Position numbers and translations under genes: made by a program
Shown: piece after piece, positions 50,431-60,544 of the stretch
How positions within the stretch are numbered: the stretch's first letter is position 1
How the letters are laid out: every line of letters starts with the position of its first letter
Notes under the pieces: model-generated
The model's database searches: none
Told to the model about the DNA's origin: nothing
What the model saw: only the letters and a program-made list of their open reading frames with translations
NCBI GenBank assembly: GCA_033764955.1
Contig: JANRIL010000019.1
Span: 64,001 to 128,000 of the forward strand
Length of the DNA: 64,000 bases
Direction: 5' to 3'
Source of the DNA: Cyanobacteriota bacterium
Lineage (GTDB): Bacteria; Cyanobacteriota; Cyanobacteriia; Thermostichales; Thermostichaceae

Positions 50431-52743
50431 ATGGCTGATACTATTCTCGAAAAGCCAGATTATCTCAGTTCGGCTGGCCCAGAAGCTGAAATCAATATGA
50501 TGCGAGCCTTGCGGCGGCATTGGCTAGCTGGCTTAGGAACAGCGGTAGCGATGGTATCGGGGGTGGCTTTCTACACCAACTCACAGGTGCCCATCTATCA
50601 ATCTGAAGCGCTCATTTTGCTAGATACCCAGTCGGCAATTCCGGTGGTGGATTTATCTACTTCAGCCACGGTGGGCAGTTCCAAAGATCGCTCCACAGAA
50701 GTAGAAATTTTGCGAAGTCGCCCGCTAGTGGAACGAGCGGTGGCGGATTTGATTACTGAGGATCCCACATTGACCGTTGGACAGGTATTAGGAGGGCTTT
50801 CGGCTCGACAAATTGAACGTTCGGATATCTTGCGAGTCACCTACAAAGATACGGTTCCTGACCGCATTAAAAAAGTCTTGGATGCCCTGGGATCCACCTA
50901 CGTGGACTACAGCTTAGAGAGCAAACGCTCTCAGGCTACGAACGCCATTCGCTTTATCGAAGAACAACTGCCGGTGGCGCGCGCCGCTCTCGATACCTCA
51001 GCCGCGGCTATCCGTGACTTTCAAGAAGCCTATGGAATTGTTAACTTTGATGCTTATGCCACAGGCGTAGCCGATGTCGCCCAAGCCCTAGCTACCCAGT
51101 CCCTGCAAGCCAAGATTCAGTTGGAACAAACCCGCCAGCAGGAACAGGAAATCCTGGAGCAAATTCGCCAACTGGGGCAGGATCCCTCCACCCTCATGCA
51201 GCAATCCCTGCTCAGCCAAAGTAGTAGTTACCAAGAGCTAGCCAAACAATTACAAGAGATCGATATTCAGTTAGCCCTAGAACGGGTGCGCTTTCGAGAT
51301 GACTCCCCCACGGTTTTAAGTTTGAGTAATCGTCGCCGTAATCTGGAAAATCTCCTCAAACAGGAGGCACTCAGTATTTTGCAAGGCACAACCCCCGTGG
51401 CGCTTTCTCCGGAAGTGGGATCCTCTACTCCCACCTCCGTCCCCCTGCTACGGGATAGCCTGACGACTCCCCCCCTAGCCACTGCCGGATTGCCTGCTAC
51501 CCCTACTAATGCTGGAACCACTGAAAGTCTAGCCGGGATCCCGGATTCCGGATCCCTGCAACAGAGTCTGATGGCCGAACTGCTGCAAGCCCAAACCAAC
51601 CTGGCGGTTCAATCGGTACAAGTCCTCAGCATCAATCAAGCCGAAGTCGAAGTGGCTAGCCGCCTAGAGCAGATCCCTTCTCTCCAGAAAGCTTATGTTG
51701 AGCTGGTGCGGCAAAATCAGGTGGATTCAGCGGTGGTTAACAACTTTCTAGAAAAACTACAAAACCTCCGCATTACCGAAGCGCAAGAGACCTCCCCCTG
51801 GCGCGTCTTGCAACCCGCCATTACCCCAACCACTCCCATCTCTCCTGACTTAAGGCGCAACTTAGTCCTGGGTTTGATGGCGGGCGTATTAAGTGGTCTG
51901 GGGATTGCTCTTTTGTTGGAGAGTATTGATCACCGCATTAAAGATGTGGAAGAAGCTCGCGCCCTAACGGGTTTACCGCTGTTGGGGGCGGTGCCGAAGG
52001 TGACAAGCGAAATTTTGTCAGGGGTGATTCACAACAACGACTACACTCCATTTACCGAAGCCTTCCGGTCAATCGCCGTCAGCATGGGCTATCTGGGAAC
52101 CGCCGGACAGATCAAAACCCTCTTGTTAACCTCGGCAATTCCTTCAGAAGGGAAGTCAACGGTCAGTTTTTGTTTAGGGATGGCTCTGGCGGATTTAGGA
52201 CACCGCGTCCTGATTGTGGATGCGGACATGCGTAAGCCAGGCATCCACGGTCTGCTCAATCAGCCTAACGCCCAGGGATTGAGCAGTGTGATTGCCTCAG
52301 ATCGCCCTTGGCCTTCCCTGATTCACCTCTATTCGGATCATCTGCATGTCTTGACGGCAGGTCCAGTTCCCCCCAATCCGATTGCCCTCTTGGGTTCCTC
52401 CAAGATGACGCAGCTTTTGGCCGAGTGGCGACAACGATATGACTATGTGTTAGTAGATACGCCACCCGTTTCTGGGATCGCGGACGCCCAAAGTATTGCC
52501 AATCAAGTAGATGGTGTGGTCTATGTCTTGGGCATAGAACGTTCCGATCGGCAAATTATTGCGAGGGCCTTAGAACTACTCAAAAGCACCCAGGCAAATT
52601 TGGTGGGTATGGTGGTCAATCTTGTGGATGCCAAACAAAATGCTTACCACTATCGCTACTACACCGCCTACTATGGCAAGCCTTCCGACCAAAAGAAAAC
52701 GACAAGTCGAGCGACATCTAGCCGCTTGAAGGAGAATTCTTAA
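50431..52743 (+). CDS. wzc: Polysaccharide co-polymerase / tyrosine autokinase
   Basis: Two TM segments, coiled coil, PSEGKST, IVDADMRKP, VLVDTPP, C-terminal Tyr cluster YHYRYYTAYY. Confidence 0.92.
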   Translation: MADTILEKPDYLSSAGPEAEINMMRALRRHWLAGLGTAVAMVSGVAFYTNSQVPIYQSEALILLDTQSAIPVVDLSTSATVGSSKDRSTEVEILRSRPLVERAVADLITEDPTLTVGQVLGGLSARQIERSDILRVTYKDTVPDRIKKVLDALGSTYVDYSLESKRSQATNAIRFIEEQLPVARAALDTSAAAIRDFQEAYGIVNFDAYATGVADVAQALATQSLQAKIQLEQTRQQEQEILEQIRQLGQDPSTLMQQSLLSQSSSYQELAKQLQEIDIQLALERVRFRDDSPTVLSLSNRRRNLENLLKQEALSILQGTTPVALSPEVGSSTPTSVPLLRDSLTTPPLATAGLPATPTNAGTTESLAGIPDSGSLQQSLMAELLQAQTNLAVQSVQVLSINQAEVEVASRLEQIPSLQKAYVELVRQNQVDSAVVNNFLEKLQNLRITEAQETSPWRVLQPAITPTTPISPDLRRNLVLGLMAGVLSGLGIALLLESIDHRIKDVEEARALTGLPLLGAVPKVTSEILSGVIHNNDYTPFTEAFRSIAVSMGYLGTAGQIKTLLLTSAIPSEGKSTVSFCLGMALADLGHRVLIVDADMRKPGIHGLLNQPNAQGLSSVIASDRPWPSLIHLYSDHLHVLTAGPVPPNPIALLGSSKMTQLLAEWRQRYDYVLVDTPPVSGIADAQSIANQVDGVVYVLGIERSDRQIIARALELLKSTQANLVGMVVNLVDAKQNAYHYRYYTAYYGKPSDQKKTTSRATSSRLKENS

Positions 52744-52993
52744 GGCTTAAATTTTTAGCGATTAAAATAGGGATCCCGGCCTTTTACTCCCCGCCTAACG
52801 CTACTCAGCCAAAAATGCTTAAGGATCATCATTGCAAAAATCTATACCAGGGTCTAGTGTGGATCTAGTCTGGATCTTGTGGAAAGACTTGAGTTCCCTG
52901 TGGTGCTGCACGATAGATTGAATAGTTTCCCAGATTTTCTCGATCTGGCTATAGCTTTGGTGCAAAATTACTTAGGAACTACCTTCCACCTCT

Positions 52994-53566
52994 ATGGAAT
53001 ATGCATTAGTAATTGACTCTTGGCCAACTGTTTGTCAAGTTTCCTTTTTTGAACAGTGGCAAGAAATGCTGTCTAGTCTATTTCGTGGAGATAGGCTGGG
53101 TAAACAGGCGGCTTATCGGAAGCGCATGACCACTGTGGACTGGGTGATCCCGGGTAAGTTGGCGGTGGGATCCTTACCTCGTCCTGGTGACAGTGCTATC
53201 CTGGCGAAAGCGAAAATTCAAGTCATCTTTTCCCTTTGTGCCCCAACCGAAGGCTCCTTACCACCGGATGTTCGCAAGCAGTTTTACTGTGGCAATTTAG
53301 TCTTGCCCGATAGCCACTGGAAGCACCCGATTCGGGTTGAGCAGTTGCGGCGGGCTGTCGAAGTGGTGCATCGAAGCGTTGAGAAAAATATGCCCATTTA
53401 TGTGCATTGTTTAGCGGGCATCGAGCGCTCCCCATTGGTTTGTATTGCCTATCTGTGTTGCTATCAAAACCTGCAACTGCAAGATGCCCTTACCTGGGTT
53501 AAACAGGTGCATCCACGCACCATGCCCACTCGTGATCAACTGAATGTTATTAAGCAGTTATTGTGA
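52994..53566 (+). CDS. Dual-specificity protein phosphatase
   Basis: WVIPGKLAVG; YVHCLAGIERS (HCx5R). True start may be 53066 or 53126. Confidence 0.9.
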   Translation: MEYALVIDSWPTVCQVSFFEQWQEMLSSLFRGDRLGKQAAYRKRMTTVDWVIPGKLAVGSLPRPGDSAILAKAKIQVIFSLCAPTEGSLPPDVRKQFYCGNLVLPDSHWKHPIRVEQLRRAVEVVHRSVEKNMPIYVHCLAGIERSPLVCIAYLCCYQNLQLQDALTWVKQVHPRTMPTRDQLNVIKQLL

Positions 53567-53740
53567 ATTTCCTGACTGCCCAGCGGGTTTGATTGCCGCC
53601 TTGAATCTAAAGAACTTTGGAAGTTGTGGTAGAGCTAACCATGCCTTTAATGGAGAATCAGCTAAGCTATCCCTGGTGGGTTCTACTCCCTATCAATAAG
53701 GGTTTGAGCCGGTTCTCAACGACAATCAGGACAGGAATCT

Positions 53741-53878
53741 ATGGCAAACTTCAATCGTGGCATCATGCGATTTGCTGGAGCCGATAGCCCTCTAGCAATA
53801 GCCCTCTCCACAGGGGTTGTGATAGGTGTTGTGGGATCCTTAATTTGGTGGGCGCTGCATTCTGCCTACAGTCTTTAG
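53741..53878 (+). CDS. ndhQ: NDH-1L small subunit NdhQ (45 aa)
   Basis: Below the ORF-track cutoff. MANFNRGIMRFAGADSPLAIALSTGVVIGVVGSLIWWALHSAYSL matches the NdhQ pattern FNRGIMxFxGADSP-TM-IWWALHxAY; AGGA RBS. Confidence 0.85.
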   Translation: MANFNRGIMRFAGADSPLAIALSTGVVIGVVGSLIWWALHSAYSL

Positions 53879-53905
53879 CCCCTCTGACTCCCCCTTGCCC
53901 CTCCG

Positions 53906-55003
53906 ATGTGGACTCCTGAGCAACAGCAACGTCTGCGTCATCGGCTTTTGGATTGGTATGGGCAGCAGGGCAGAGATCTGCCGTGGCGACACACCAGGGA
54001 TCCCTATGCCATTTGGGTCTCTGAGATCATGCTGCAACAAACCCAGGTGACAACGGTTTTGCCCTACTTTCAGCGCTGGTTAGAGCAACTCCCCCACATC
54101 CAGGACTTAGCTGTCGCTGCTCCGGCTCAGGTACTCAAGCTCTGGGAAGGGTTGGGCTATTATCGACGGGCACGCTACCTCCAGCAGGCGGCTCAGCAGT
54201 TAGTCGCCGAACGACAGGGAGTGTTTCCCACCACTTTGGAAGAAGCGATGGGATTGCCGGGGATTGGTCGCACCACAGCGGCGGGGATCCTGAGTGCTGC
54301 TTTTGATCGACCGCTCCCTATTCTGGATGGTAATGTCAAGCGGATATTGGCTCGTTTGGGGGCGTTGCCGGTTCCTCCCCGCAGGGCAACTCGGCAGCTT
54401 TGGCAATGGTCGGAGACTTTATTGGATCGGCAGCATCCCCGCGACTTTAACCAAGCTCTGATGGATTTGGGGGCGCTGATCTGTCGTCCCCGACAGCCTC
54501 ACTGTAGAGAGTGCCCTTGGCAAGAGGATTGCACCGCTTACAATCACAGACAGCAAGATCACTATCCTATGTCTGAACCCACCCCACCCCGCCCCCACAA
54601 AACCATTGCTGTTGCCGTCGTTTGGCAAGGGGAGCAGTTGCTCATTGATCAACGGTTGGAAAGTTCGATGCTGGGGGGCTTATGGGAATTTCCGGGGGGG
54701 AAGATTGAGGAGGGAGAAACGGCGGCGGAATGCGTCGTGCGGGAGGTGAAAGAGGAAATTGGCATTGATGTGGTGGTGGAATCGGCGCTGACCACTATCG
54801 ACCATGCCTACAGCCATTTTACGATTACGCTCATTGCCTTCATTTGTCGCTATGTGGCGGGAGAAGCGCGGGCGTTGCAATGCAGTGATGTGCGCTGGAT
54901 TTATCCTTCTCAACTGAGTGAGTATGCCTTCCCTTCTGCCAATCAAAAACTTTTTCCGGCTCTCTACGAATGGCTGAACACCCAATCCTCCAGTACCTCT
55001 TAA
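53906..55003 (+). CDS. mutY: A/G-specific adenine glycosylase with C-terminal Nudix domain
   Basis: WVSEIMLQQTQV, WEGLGYY, LPGIGRTTA, CRPRQPHCRECPWQEDC; GGKIEEGETAAECVVREVKEEIG. Confidence 0.95.
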   Translation: MWTPEQQQRLRHRLLDWYGQQGRDLPWRHTRDPYAIWVSEIMLQQTQVTTVLPYFQRWLEQLPHIQDLAVAAPAQVLKLWEGLGYYRRARYLQQAAQQLVAERQGVFPTTLEEAMGLPGIGRTTAAGILSAAFDRPLPILDGNVKRILARLGALPVPPRRATRQLWQWSETLLDRQHPRDFNQALMDLGALICRPRQPHCRECPWQEDCTAYNHRQQDHYPMSEPTPPRPHKTIAVAVVWQGEQLLIDQRLESSMLGGLWEFPGGKIEEGETAAECVVREVKEEIGIDVVVESALTTIDHAYSHFTITLIAFICRYVAGEARALQCSDVRWIYPSQLSEYAFPSANQKLFPALYEWLNTQSSSTS

Positions 55004-55129
55004 TTCAGACTGATGACCACTTTTTTTCTGCTGGTTGAGACCCTCTGCCCGGAAGGGTGTCATTGCAGATTTTGTTCACAAAGACGGAACCACAACTATT
55101 TTGTATAGGCAAGTTGGGGCGAGGAATCG

Positions 55130-56311
55130 ATGAAATCATATGACTGGATCGTGGTAGGCGGCGGCATCACCGGAAGTTTGCTGGCCTATCATTTGGTTCG
55201 CCAACCATCCCGTGTTTTATGGCTGGAAAAAGATGTATCCCTGCGGGGAGCCAGCCGCTATAGCTATGGTGGATTTAGTTATTGGGCGGCCAAAACCCCT
55301 CTGCAACAGACCCTCGCCCAACGGAGTTTTGATCGCTATTTTGAGTTGCAAGACGAATTGCCAGAGAATTTCCGACTGCGCTTGCTTGACTTGGTCATGC
55401 CCATTTTGCCGGGATGGGATCCCCAGCAGGTGCTAGCCATGCACGCCGATATGCGGATCCCGCCCCAACTGATTGATGTTCCGTCGGCTTGCCAATTGGA
55501 GCCGCTCCTCAACCCAACCGCCTTTGATGCCGCTCTCACCGTTCAGCACGGCCACCTTCATCCGGGACGATTGGTCAAAGCTTTGCAAGCTGCTTTCCAG
55601 GCGTTGGGGGGCGACGTGATCATTCAGCCCGTCACAGGTTTTTTGGGTCAGCCCAGCATCAGCGGTGTCACCACCCCAACCCACACCTATAGCGGATCGC
55701 AGGTAATTGTCTGTGCAGGTGGTTGGAGTCGGCAGTTGGTCAACCAAACGGGGTTGTCGATCCCCCTTTACTTCACCCATGCCGAGTCGATAGAAATTCC
55801 CCCTCCGCCTGACCTACACCTGCGGGCATTGGTCAACCCCATTCCCCTCAAGCGTTTTGACCTAGAAGCGGAGTCTTGTCGGCCTGAGAAAATCGGTTTG
55901 TGGGCAGCCGCGGGGCATGAGGCAGCGCCACCCATCCTGGATGTGGGGGCAGTGCCATTTGGAGAGGAGGGGATCCGCATCGGGCAGGTGAGCCGCACCT
56001 TGACGGATCCAGAGGCAAGGGTGGATCCCGTCAGCAGCGAGGCGGCCATGCGGCAGGGATTGCGCCCCTATCTTCCCAGCCTTGCCGATCTGCCGGGGCA
56101 GTGGTACGAATGTTTGGTGGCGTTTACGGCTGACCAGTTGCCCCTCGTGGGATCCCTCCAGCCGGGGCTGTCGATTTTTTCTGGATTTAGCAATCCACTG
56201 GCTACCGTACCCGCCCTAGCCGAGCGCTTTGCTACCCATCTCACCGCCGGAACGGTTGACCGGGATCCGCTGCTAGCACCGCTATCCCCCAGCCGCTTTG
56301 GCAAGGGGTGA
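55130..56311 (+). CDS. FAD-dependent oxidoreductase (DAO/glycine oxidase-like)
   Basis: IVVGGGITG, VCAGGWS, AFTADQLPLVG. Confidence 0.88.
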   Translation: MKSYDWIVVGGGITGSLLAYHLVRQPSRVLWLEKDVSLRGASRYSYGGFSYWAAKTPLQQTLAQRSFDRYFELQDELPENFRLRLLDLVMPILPGWDPQQVLAMHADMRIPPQLIDVPSACQLEPLLNPTAFDAALTVQHGHLHPGRLVKALQAAFQALGGDVIIQPVTGFLGQPSISGVTTPTHTYSGSQVIVCAGGWSRQLVNQTGLSIPLYFTHAESIEIPPPPDLHLRALVNPIPLKRFDLEAESCRPEKIGLWAAAGHEAAPPILDVGAVPFGEEGIRIGQVSRTLTDPEARVDPVSSEAAMRQGLRPYLPSLADLPGQWYECLVAFTADQLPLVGSLQPGLSIFSGFSNPLATVPALAERFATHLTAGTVDRDPLLAPLSPSRFGKG

Positions 56312-56324
56312 GGATCCCCCCAGT

Positions 56325-58775
56325 TCAACAAGCCACTTCCGAGTCGAGATGAAAAGGGATCCGCACGGTAAAGGTGGTCTGGTTGTTTTCACTTTCGACA
56401 GCGATACTGCCATCCAAAAGAGAAACCCGTTGCTGAACCAGGGCTAAGCCTAATCCTGTACCCCCTTGCCGCCAGGGATCCGCATTGGGCACTCGATAAA
56501 ACTTCTCAAAAATATGGGGAAGCTCACGACTAGGAATTTCTACCCCCGTATTGCGGACAACAATCATCAAATGTTGTCTATTGGCGGTTACCTGCACAAA
56601 AATATCCTCATGAGGGGGGGTATATTTGCAGGCGTTGTTGAGCAGCTCGCTCAAAATTTGCTCCAGACCCAACGGCAGCGCATAAATTTGAGGCAAGTTT
56701 TGGGACAATTCGACGGTTAAGGTTTGTTGACGGCTTTGGGCACGGTCATAAAAGGGCTTGATAACCGTTGGGATCCAACTTTGTAGATCCATCTGCTGAA
56801 ATTGTTGGGGATCGGGATTGGCTTCCAATCGTTGCAGATCCAGCAGATCGTTAATCAGGCGAATTTCCCGCTCACATTCCTCCTGCAAAATTTGCAGATA
56901 ACGAGTGATTTTGGCAGCATCCTGCAAATGGGTTACCTGGGGATGAAGCAGGCTAGTCAGGAGTTGAATAGCCATCCGAATACTGGAAAGTGGTGTACGT
57001 AACTCATGGGAAACGGTACTCAAAAAGTCATTTTTGAGGGCATCCAGACGACGTAGTTCTATGACTTGAGCATTGAGTTGGGCGGTGCGATCCTGAACTT
57101 TGGCCTCTAAATCTTGGTTGAGGGTTTGGATTTGCCCAAACAGTTGACCCTGTTGAATGGCAATAGCTAACTGATCGGCAATCGCCTCCACCAGAACCTT
57201 TTCAGAATTGAGCCACTGTGCCGATAGATTTTCACTGGCTAAGGCTAAATATCCCCAAAAAGTTGTGGGGTTGGATTCAGAAATAGGTTGGGGGATCTGC
57301 GAACTCAGGGATAGGGGTACAAATAGAGAAGTCCTGGCCTTATCCATTAACCAATGGGGGGATGGTTGGGATCCCGTCTGCTGGATGAAGGTCATGGATT
57401 CATTACTACCAGAAGCTAATGACGGAAGACTCGCTTCTGCCGCTAAGAGAGTGACGATTTCAAACCGTTTGAGATGCTGGGTAATGGGATGGGGTTGATC
57501 GGGCAAAATAGAGCCTAATTCATCCAAATGACTGTGATGGCGGCGATAGTCGGCTCGATTGATCCAAACCGCTTGTTCGGGCAGATATTGGGCGATAATC
57601 ACCTGATCCACATGCAAAATTTGGCTAATGGCTGCCACAGCCGTTGAAAAGATATCTTCCAAATGCAGCGAGTTGCGAATGGCTTGAATGACTTGGTTGA
57701 GGGCACGTTCCCGTTGTGCCTGTTGCTGACTGTGCTGATAAAGTTGACTTTGTTGAATAGCACTTTCCACCTGAGATCCCAGGTTTTCCAAAAAGTGCAT
57801 CTGCCAGGAATGCCAATGGCGGGGATGCAGGTAGTGATGCACCACCAATAGACCCCAAAACTCCTCCCCCTGCATGAAGGGAAAACAAAGCAGCGACTTA
57901 ATGGGAGGGGCGATCGGGCTAAAAGGAATGTCAGCAAGAGGAGACTGAAACAGATCCGGTAGAGCATAGCTGCGTCCGGCCTGCAAATGGGGGAGCAGTT
58001 GTTGACACCACTCGCGGTTGAGGGAGGTTTGCAGGAGGCTGGGGTGCTCGGCCTGATGAGCCTCAGCAATCACAAGCGGGGATCCCTGCGGCCATTTACG
58101 ACAGATCAAGACACTATCCGCCTGCAAAAACTGCCGCACCTCTTGCACCGTCGTGGTCAAAATATCATTTAAATCGAGGGATTGACGAATATGAGCTGTG
58201 ATGGTGCTCAGCAGTTGTTCTTGGCGATTTTGTTGTTGCAGCGTTTCGAGGGTGCGACTCGCTTGGAGTAGCCGTTGCATCCGTTGTCGCAACACCGCCC
58301 AATGGATAGGCTTGGTCACATAATCGGCGGCTCCAGCGGCAAAAGCCCGATCCACCGAAACACTATCCTCCAAACCTGTGATCATCAAAACAGGGGTATT
58401 GTGGCTATTGGGCAGGGCTTTCAGGTGGCTACAACAGGCAAACCCGTCCATAACGGGCATGATGGCATCCAGCAGGATAATGTCCGGTTGCAACTGTTGA
58501 AAGAGTCGCAAACACTCCTCCCCATCAATGGCCTCGACAACGCGATATCCTTCCCCAGCTACCAGATGACGTAGCCATTGTCGCGTGACCCGATCATCAT
58601 CCACCAATAACACCAAGGGATCCATGGTGGGGGTGGGGGGTGGGATGGGGTCGAGGGTCTCTAGAAGCATCGATAGCTGGAGATATGGAGGAACCTGCTG
58701 AGCAGGATCAAGCAGCAGCCCATGTTGAGAAACACGAACTGTATCTATTTTCAACCGCGAAATGGCTGGGCGCAT
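56325..58775 (-). CDS. Hybrid sensor kinase: receiver-GAF-GAF-HisKA-HATPase
   Basis: LLVDDD..ILLDAIMP..YVTKP receiver; two GAFs; [23 protein letters not shown]. Start may be 58670 or 58625. Confidence 0.92.
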   Translation of the reverse strand: MRPAISRLKIDTVRVSQHGLLLDPAQQVPPYLQLSMLLETLDPIPPPTPTMDPLVLLVDDDRVTRQWLRHLVAGEGYRVVEAIDGEECLRLFQQLQPDIILLDAIMPVMDGFACCSHLKALPNSHNTPVLMITGLEDSVSVDRAFAAGAADYVTKPIHWAVLRQRMQRLLQASRTLETLQQQNRQEQLLSTITAHIRQSLDLNDILTTTVQEVRQFLQADSVLICRKWPQGSPLVIAEAHQAEHPSLLQTSLNREWCQQLLPHLQAGRSYALPDLFQSPLADIPFSPIAPPIKSLLCFPFMQGEEFWGLLVVHHYLHPRHWHSWQMHFLENLGSQVESAIQQSQLYQHSQQQAQRERALNQVIQAIRNSLHLEDIFSTAVAAISQILHVDQVIIAQYLPEQAVWINRADYRRHHSHLDELGSILPDQPHPITQHLKRFEIVTLLAAEASLPSLASGSNESMTFIQQTGSQPSPHWLMDKARTSLFVPLSLSSQIPQPISESNPTTFWGYLALASENLSAQWLNSEKVLVEAIADQLAIAIQQGQLFGQIQTLNQDLEAKVQDRTAQLNAQVIELRRLDALKNDFLSTVSHELRTPLSSIRMAIQLLTSLLHPQVTHLQDAAKITRYLQILQEECEREIRLINDLLDLQRLEANPDPQQFQQMDLQSWIPTVIKPFYDRAQSRQQTLTVELSQNLPQIYALPLGLEQILSELLNNACKYTPPHEDIFVQVTANRQHLMIVVRNTGVEIPSRELPHIFEKFYRVPNADPWRQGGTGLGLALVQQRVSLLDGSIAVESENNQTTFTVRIPFHLDSEVAC

Positions 58776-58904
58776 CCTGATTTCTACTACAGAAACCGAT
58801 CAATTGGTTGCTCTGGAGTTACAAGAGTCTGGAGGCACAACCTCCCGCACAAACTAGGACGTTCTTCCCCTTGTTCCCCACTCCTTCCCCACCGCATCTG
58901 TTCT

Positions 58905-58992
58905 GGGCAACACCCCAAATCAGCGGTGGCTAGTAGCCTTGGTAACCCAACCAACTATCTTTATACCGTCCGCTGCATTTGGATTATTAGAC
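58905..58992 (-). other. Integron attC recombination site
   Basis: Minus strand: GTCTAAT (R'') AATC CAAAT-G-CAGCGG ... CCGCTG ATTTG GGGT GTTGCCC (R'); paired arms with an extrahelical G; 18 nt after a stop codon. Confidence 0.8.
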
Positions 58993-59010
58993 CTTGCGCA
59001 AAGACATCAT

Positions 59011-60117
59011 TCATAGTATTACCGCTTCAACTGGTCGCCGTAGTGATCGCTGAGTCTCAGTACCATATCCAAAACGGACAACTAGATCTGGTCTGAGATC
59101 ACCAATGCCAAGATAAGTAGCGAATTGTGGACGTAATGATAAAACCTCAACTGGCTGGTTCAAAAATGCATTTTTTATGCCTAGTGCAGTTGCTTGCAAG
59201 GCGAACCGCTCGTAACATCGTCCTGTTTCAACCCAATGTTCCTTATCGTTACGCTCAGACACAAATACAGCAATCCCCGCAGAGGTACGAATGTGTTTAG
59301 CATATTTGTCGTTTTCACTCTTGGTTGTAAAAAACAAATTCAACAATCTCATCCCCAGCCAGCGAGGAACAATAGGATTTCCTGACGAACCAGCAAATAG
59401 CCCATCCCTTTTGCTCAAGACTTCGTCATGGCTGAATCTAATCCAAGATTTCAGTTCCTCAACAAAGGCTCGATCATTCATCTGCGCTGTATTACCCTGA
59501 ACAACATACTCCAGGATGTTCTCAATTTGGGCTTTTTCGGTGATCAGCAATATCCTGACCCCATTGCCCTGCCCTGTCGCTTCAAGGGAGGCTAAATCAG
59601 CGGTGCTTAATTTTCTACCGTCATACTCAACTCGACTGCATTGACGTTGAGGAATCGCATTAAAAAGGTCAGAAGATATTATTTTTGAGGGTTCTAAGGT
59701 GACTTTCACCCTGTCATCAACAGAATCGAAATGTGCAAATCCGTGCTTGCCAAATGCCTGTGCCGCTTGAATCAGATTTTCGGCAGCACAGCCTAAACTC
59801 ACAAACAAATGATGGTCATCAGGATCAACAGCAGGGCATCTCCGTGCCCAGTCTGGCAAAATTGAAATGGTTTGATCTGCAATCGTGAATTTCCAGCATT
59901 GCGTATTATGACTCGACGCAGCTAAGGTAGCGTAGCGAACCAGTTCATGATTGACTGCTATCAGGTCGTTCGTTGAGTTATCTAAGGTATGTCGCCAAGT
60001 ATCACGGACGGTATTGTTGTATCGACCGTTAGACTGATGAGCAGTTCCTATTGCATATGTCATTGCTCCTCCCGTCAGTGCAGTAAGACCTAAAATAATT
60101 TGTCTTCGACTCAGCAT
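59011..60117 (-). CDS. Acg-family FMN-binding nitroreductase-like protein with Tat signal
   Basis: MLSRRQIILG twin-arginine signal; ATLAASSHNTQCW, VDPDDHHLFVSLGCAAENL, FLNQPVE, RSLRRP. Confidence 0.88.
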   Translation of the reverse strand: MLSRRQIILGLTALTGGAMTYAIGTAHQSNGRYNNTVRDTWRHTLDNSTNDLIAVNHELVRYATLAASSHNTQCWKFTIADQTISILPDWARRCPAVDPDDHHLFVSLGCAAENLIQAAQAFGKHGFAHFDSVDDRVKVTLEPSKIISSDLFNAIPQRQCSRVEYDGRKLSTADLASLEATGQGNGVRILLITEKAQIENILEYVVQGNTAQMNDRAFVEELKSWIRFSHDEVLSKRDGLFAGSSGNPIVPRWLGMRLLNLFFTTKSENDKYAKHIRTSAGIAVFVSERNDKEHWVETGRCYERFALQATALGIKNAFLNQPVEVLSLRPQFATYLGIGDLRPDLVVRFGYGTETQRSLRRPVEAVIL

Positions 60118-60127
60118 CAGTAAACCC

Positions 60128-60544
60128 TCAGTCTGAAACTTGGAGTGATACCCTACGGATTTTTGCAGCGATGAGCGGGGATAGCATTAACCAGACTAAG
60201 CCAATAGGCATTAAGCCACCTTGCAACAAATTATAGTCAGCACCGATTTGCTGCCATGAATAGCCTAAGACAAAAAAACCCAGACTAATCTCGAATACGA
60301 CGGTTAGCAGCAGCCACAGTATACCAATGCCCAAAAGTTGGGAAAAGTGCGATACATGAAGCCATCGGATAAATAACGTGGCGATCATCAACACCAATAC
60401 TGATCCAATAGCAAATGAAACTTGATGAGCAAGAGGATCACCCAGAAATGGCACTAGGCAAAAGATCCGAGCAGCACCATTTAAGCTCTCCACAAGAATA
60501 AATACAAGCCAAATCACAATGCTTTTCAGGATGATTATGGTCAT
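60128..60544 (-). CDS. Four-TM hypothetical membrane protein
   Basis: Four hydrophobic segments; WLLLTVVFE..LG, ADYNLLQGGL. Confidence 0.85.
   Translation of the reverse strand: MTIIILKSIVIWLVFILVESLNGAARIFCLVPFLGDPLAHQVSFAIGSVLVLMIATLFIRWLHVSHFSQLLGIGILWLLLTVVFEISLGFFVLGYSWQQIGADYNLLQGGLMPIGLVWLMLSPLIAAKIRRVSLQVSD

Noticed and set aside
52793..52810. GCTGAGTAGCGTTAGGC on the minus strand resembles an attC right end
   Set aside because: The spacer is too short and there is no complementary left arm or R'' box.
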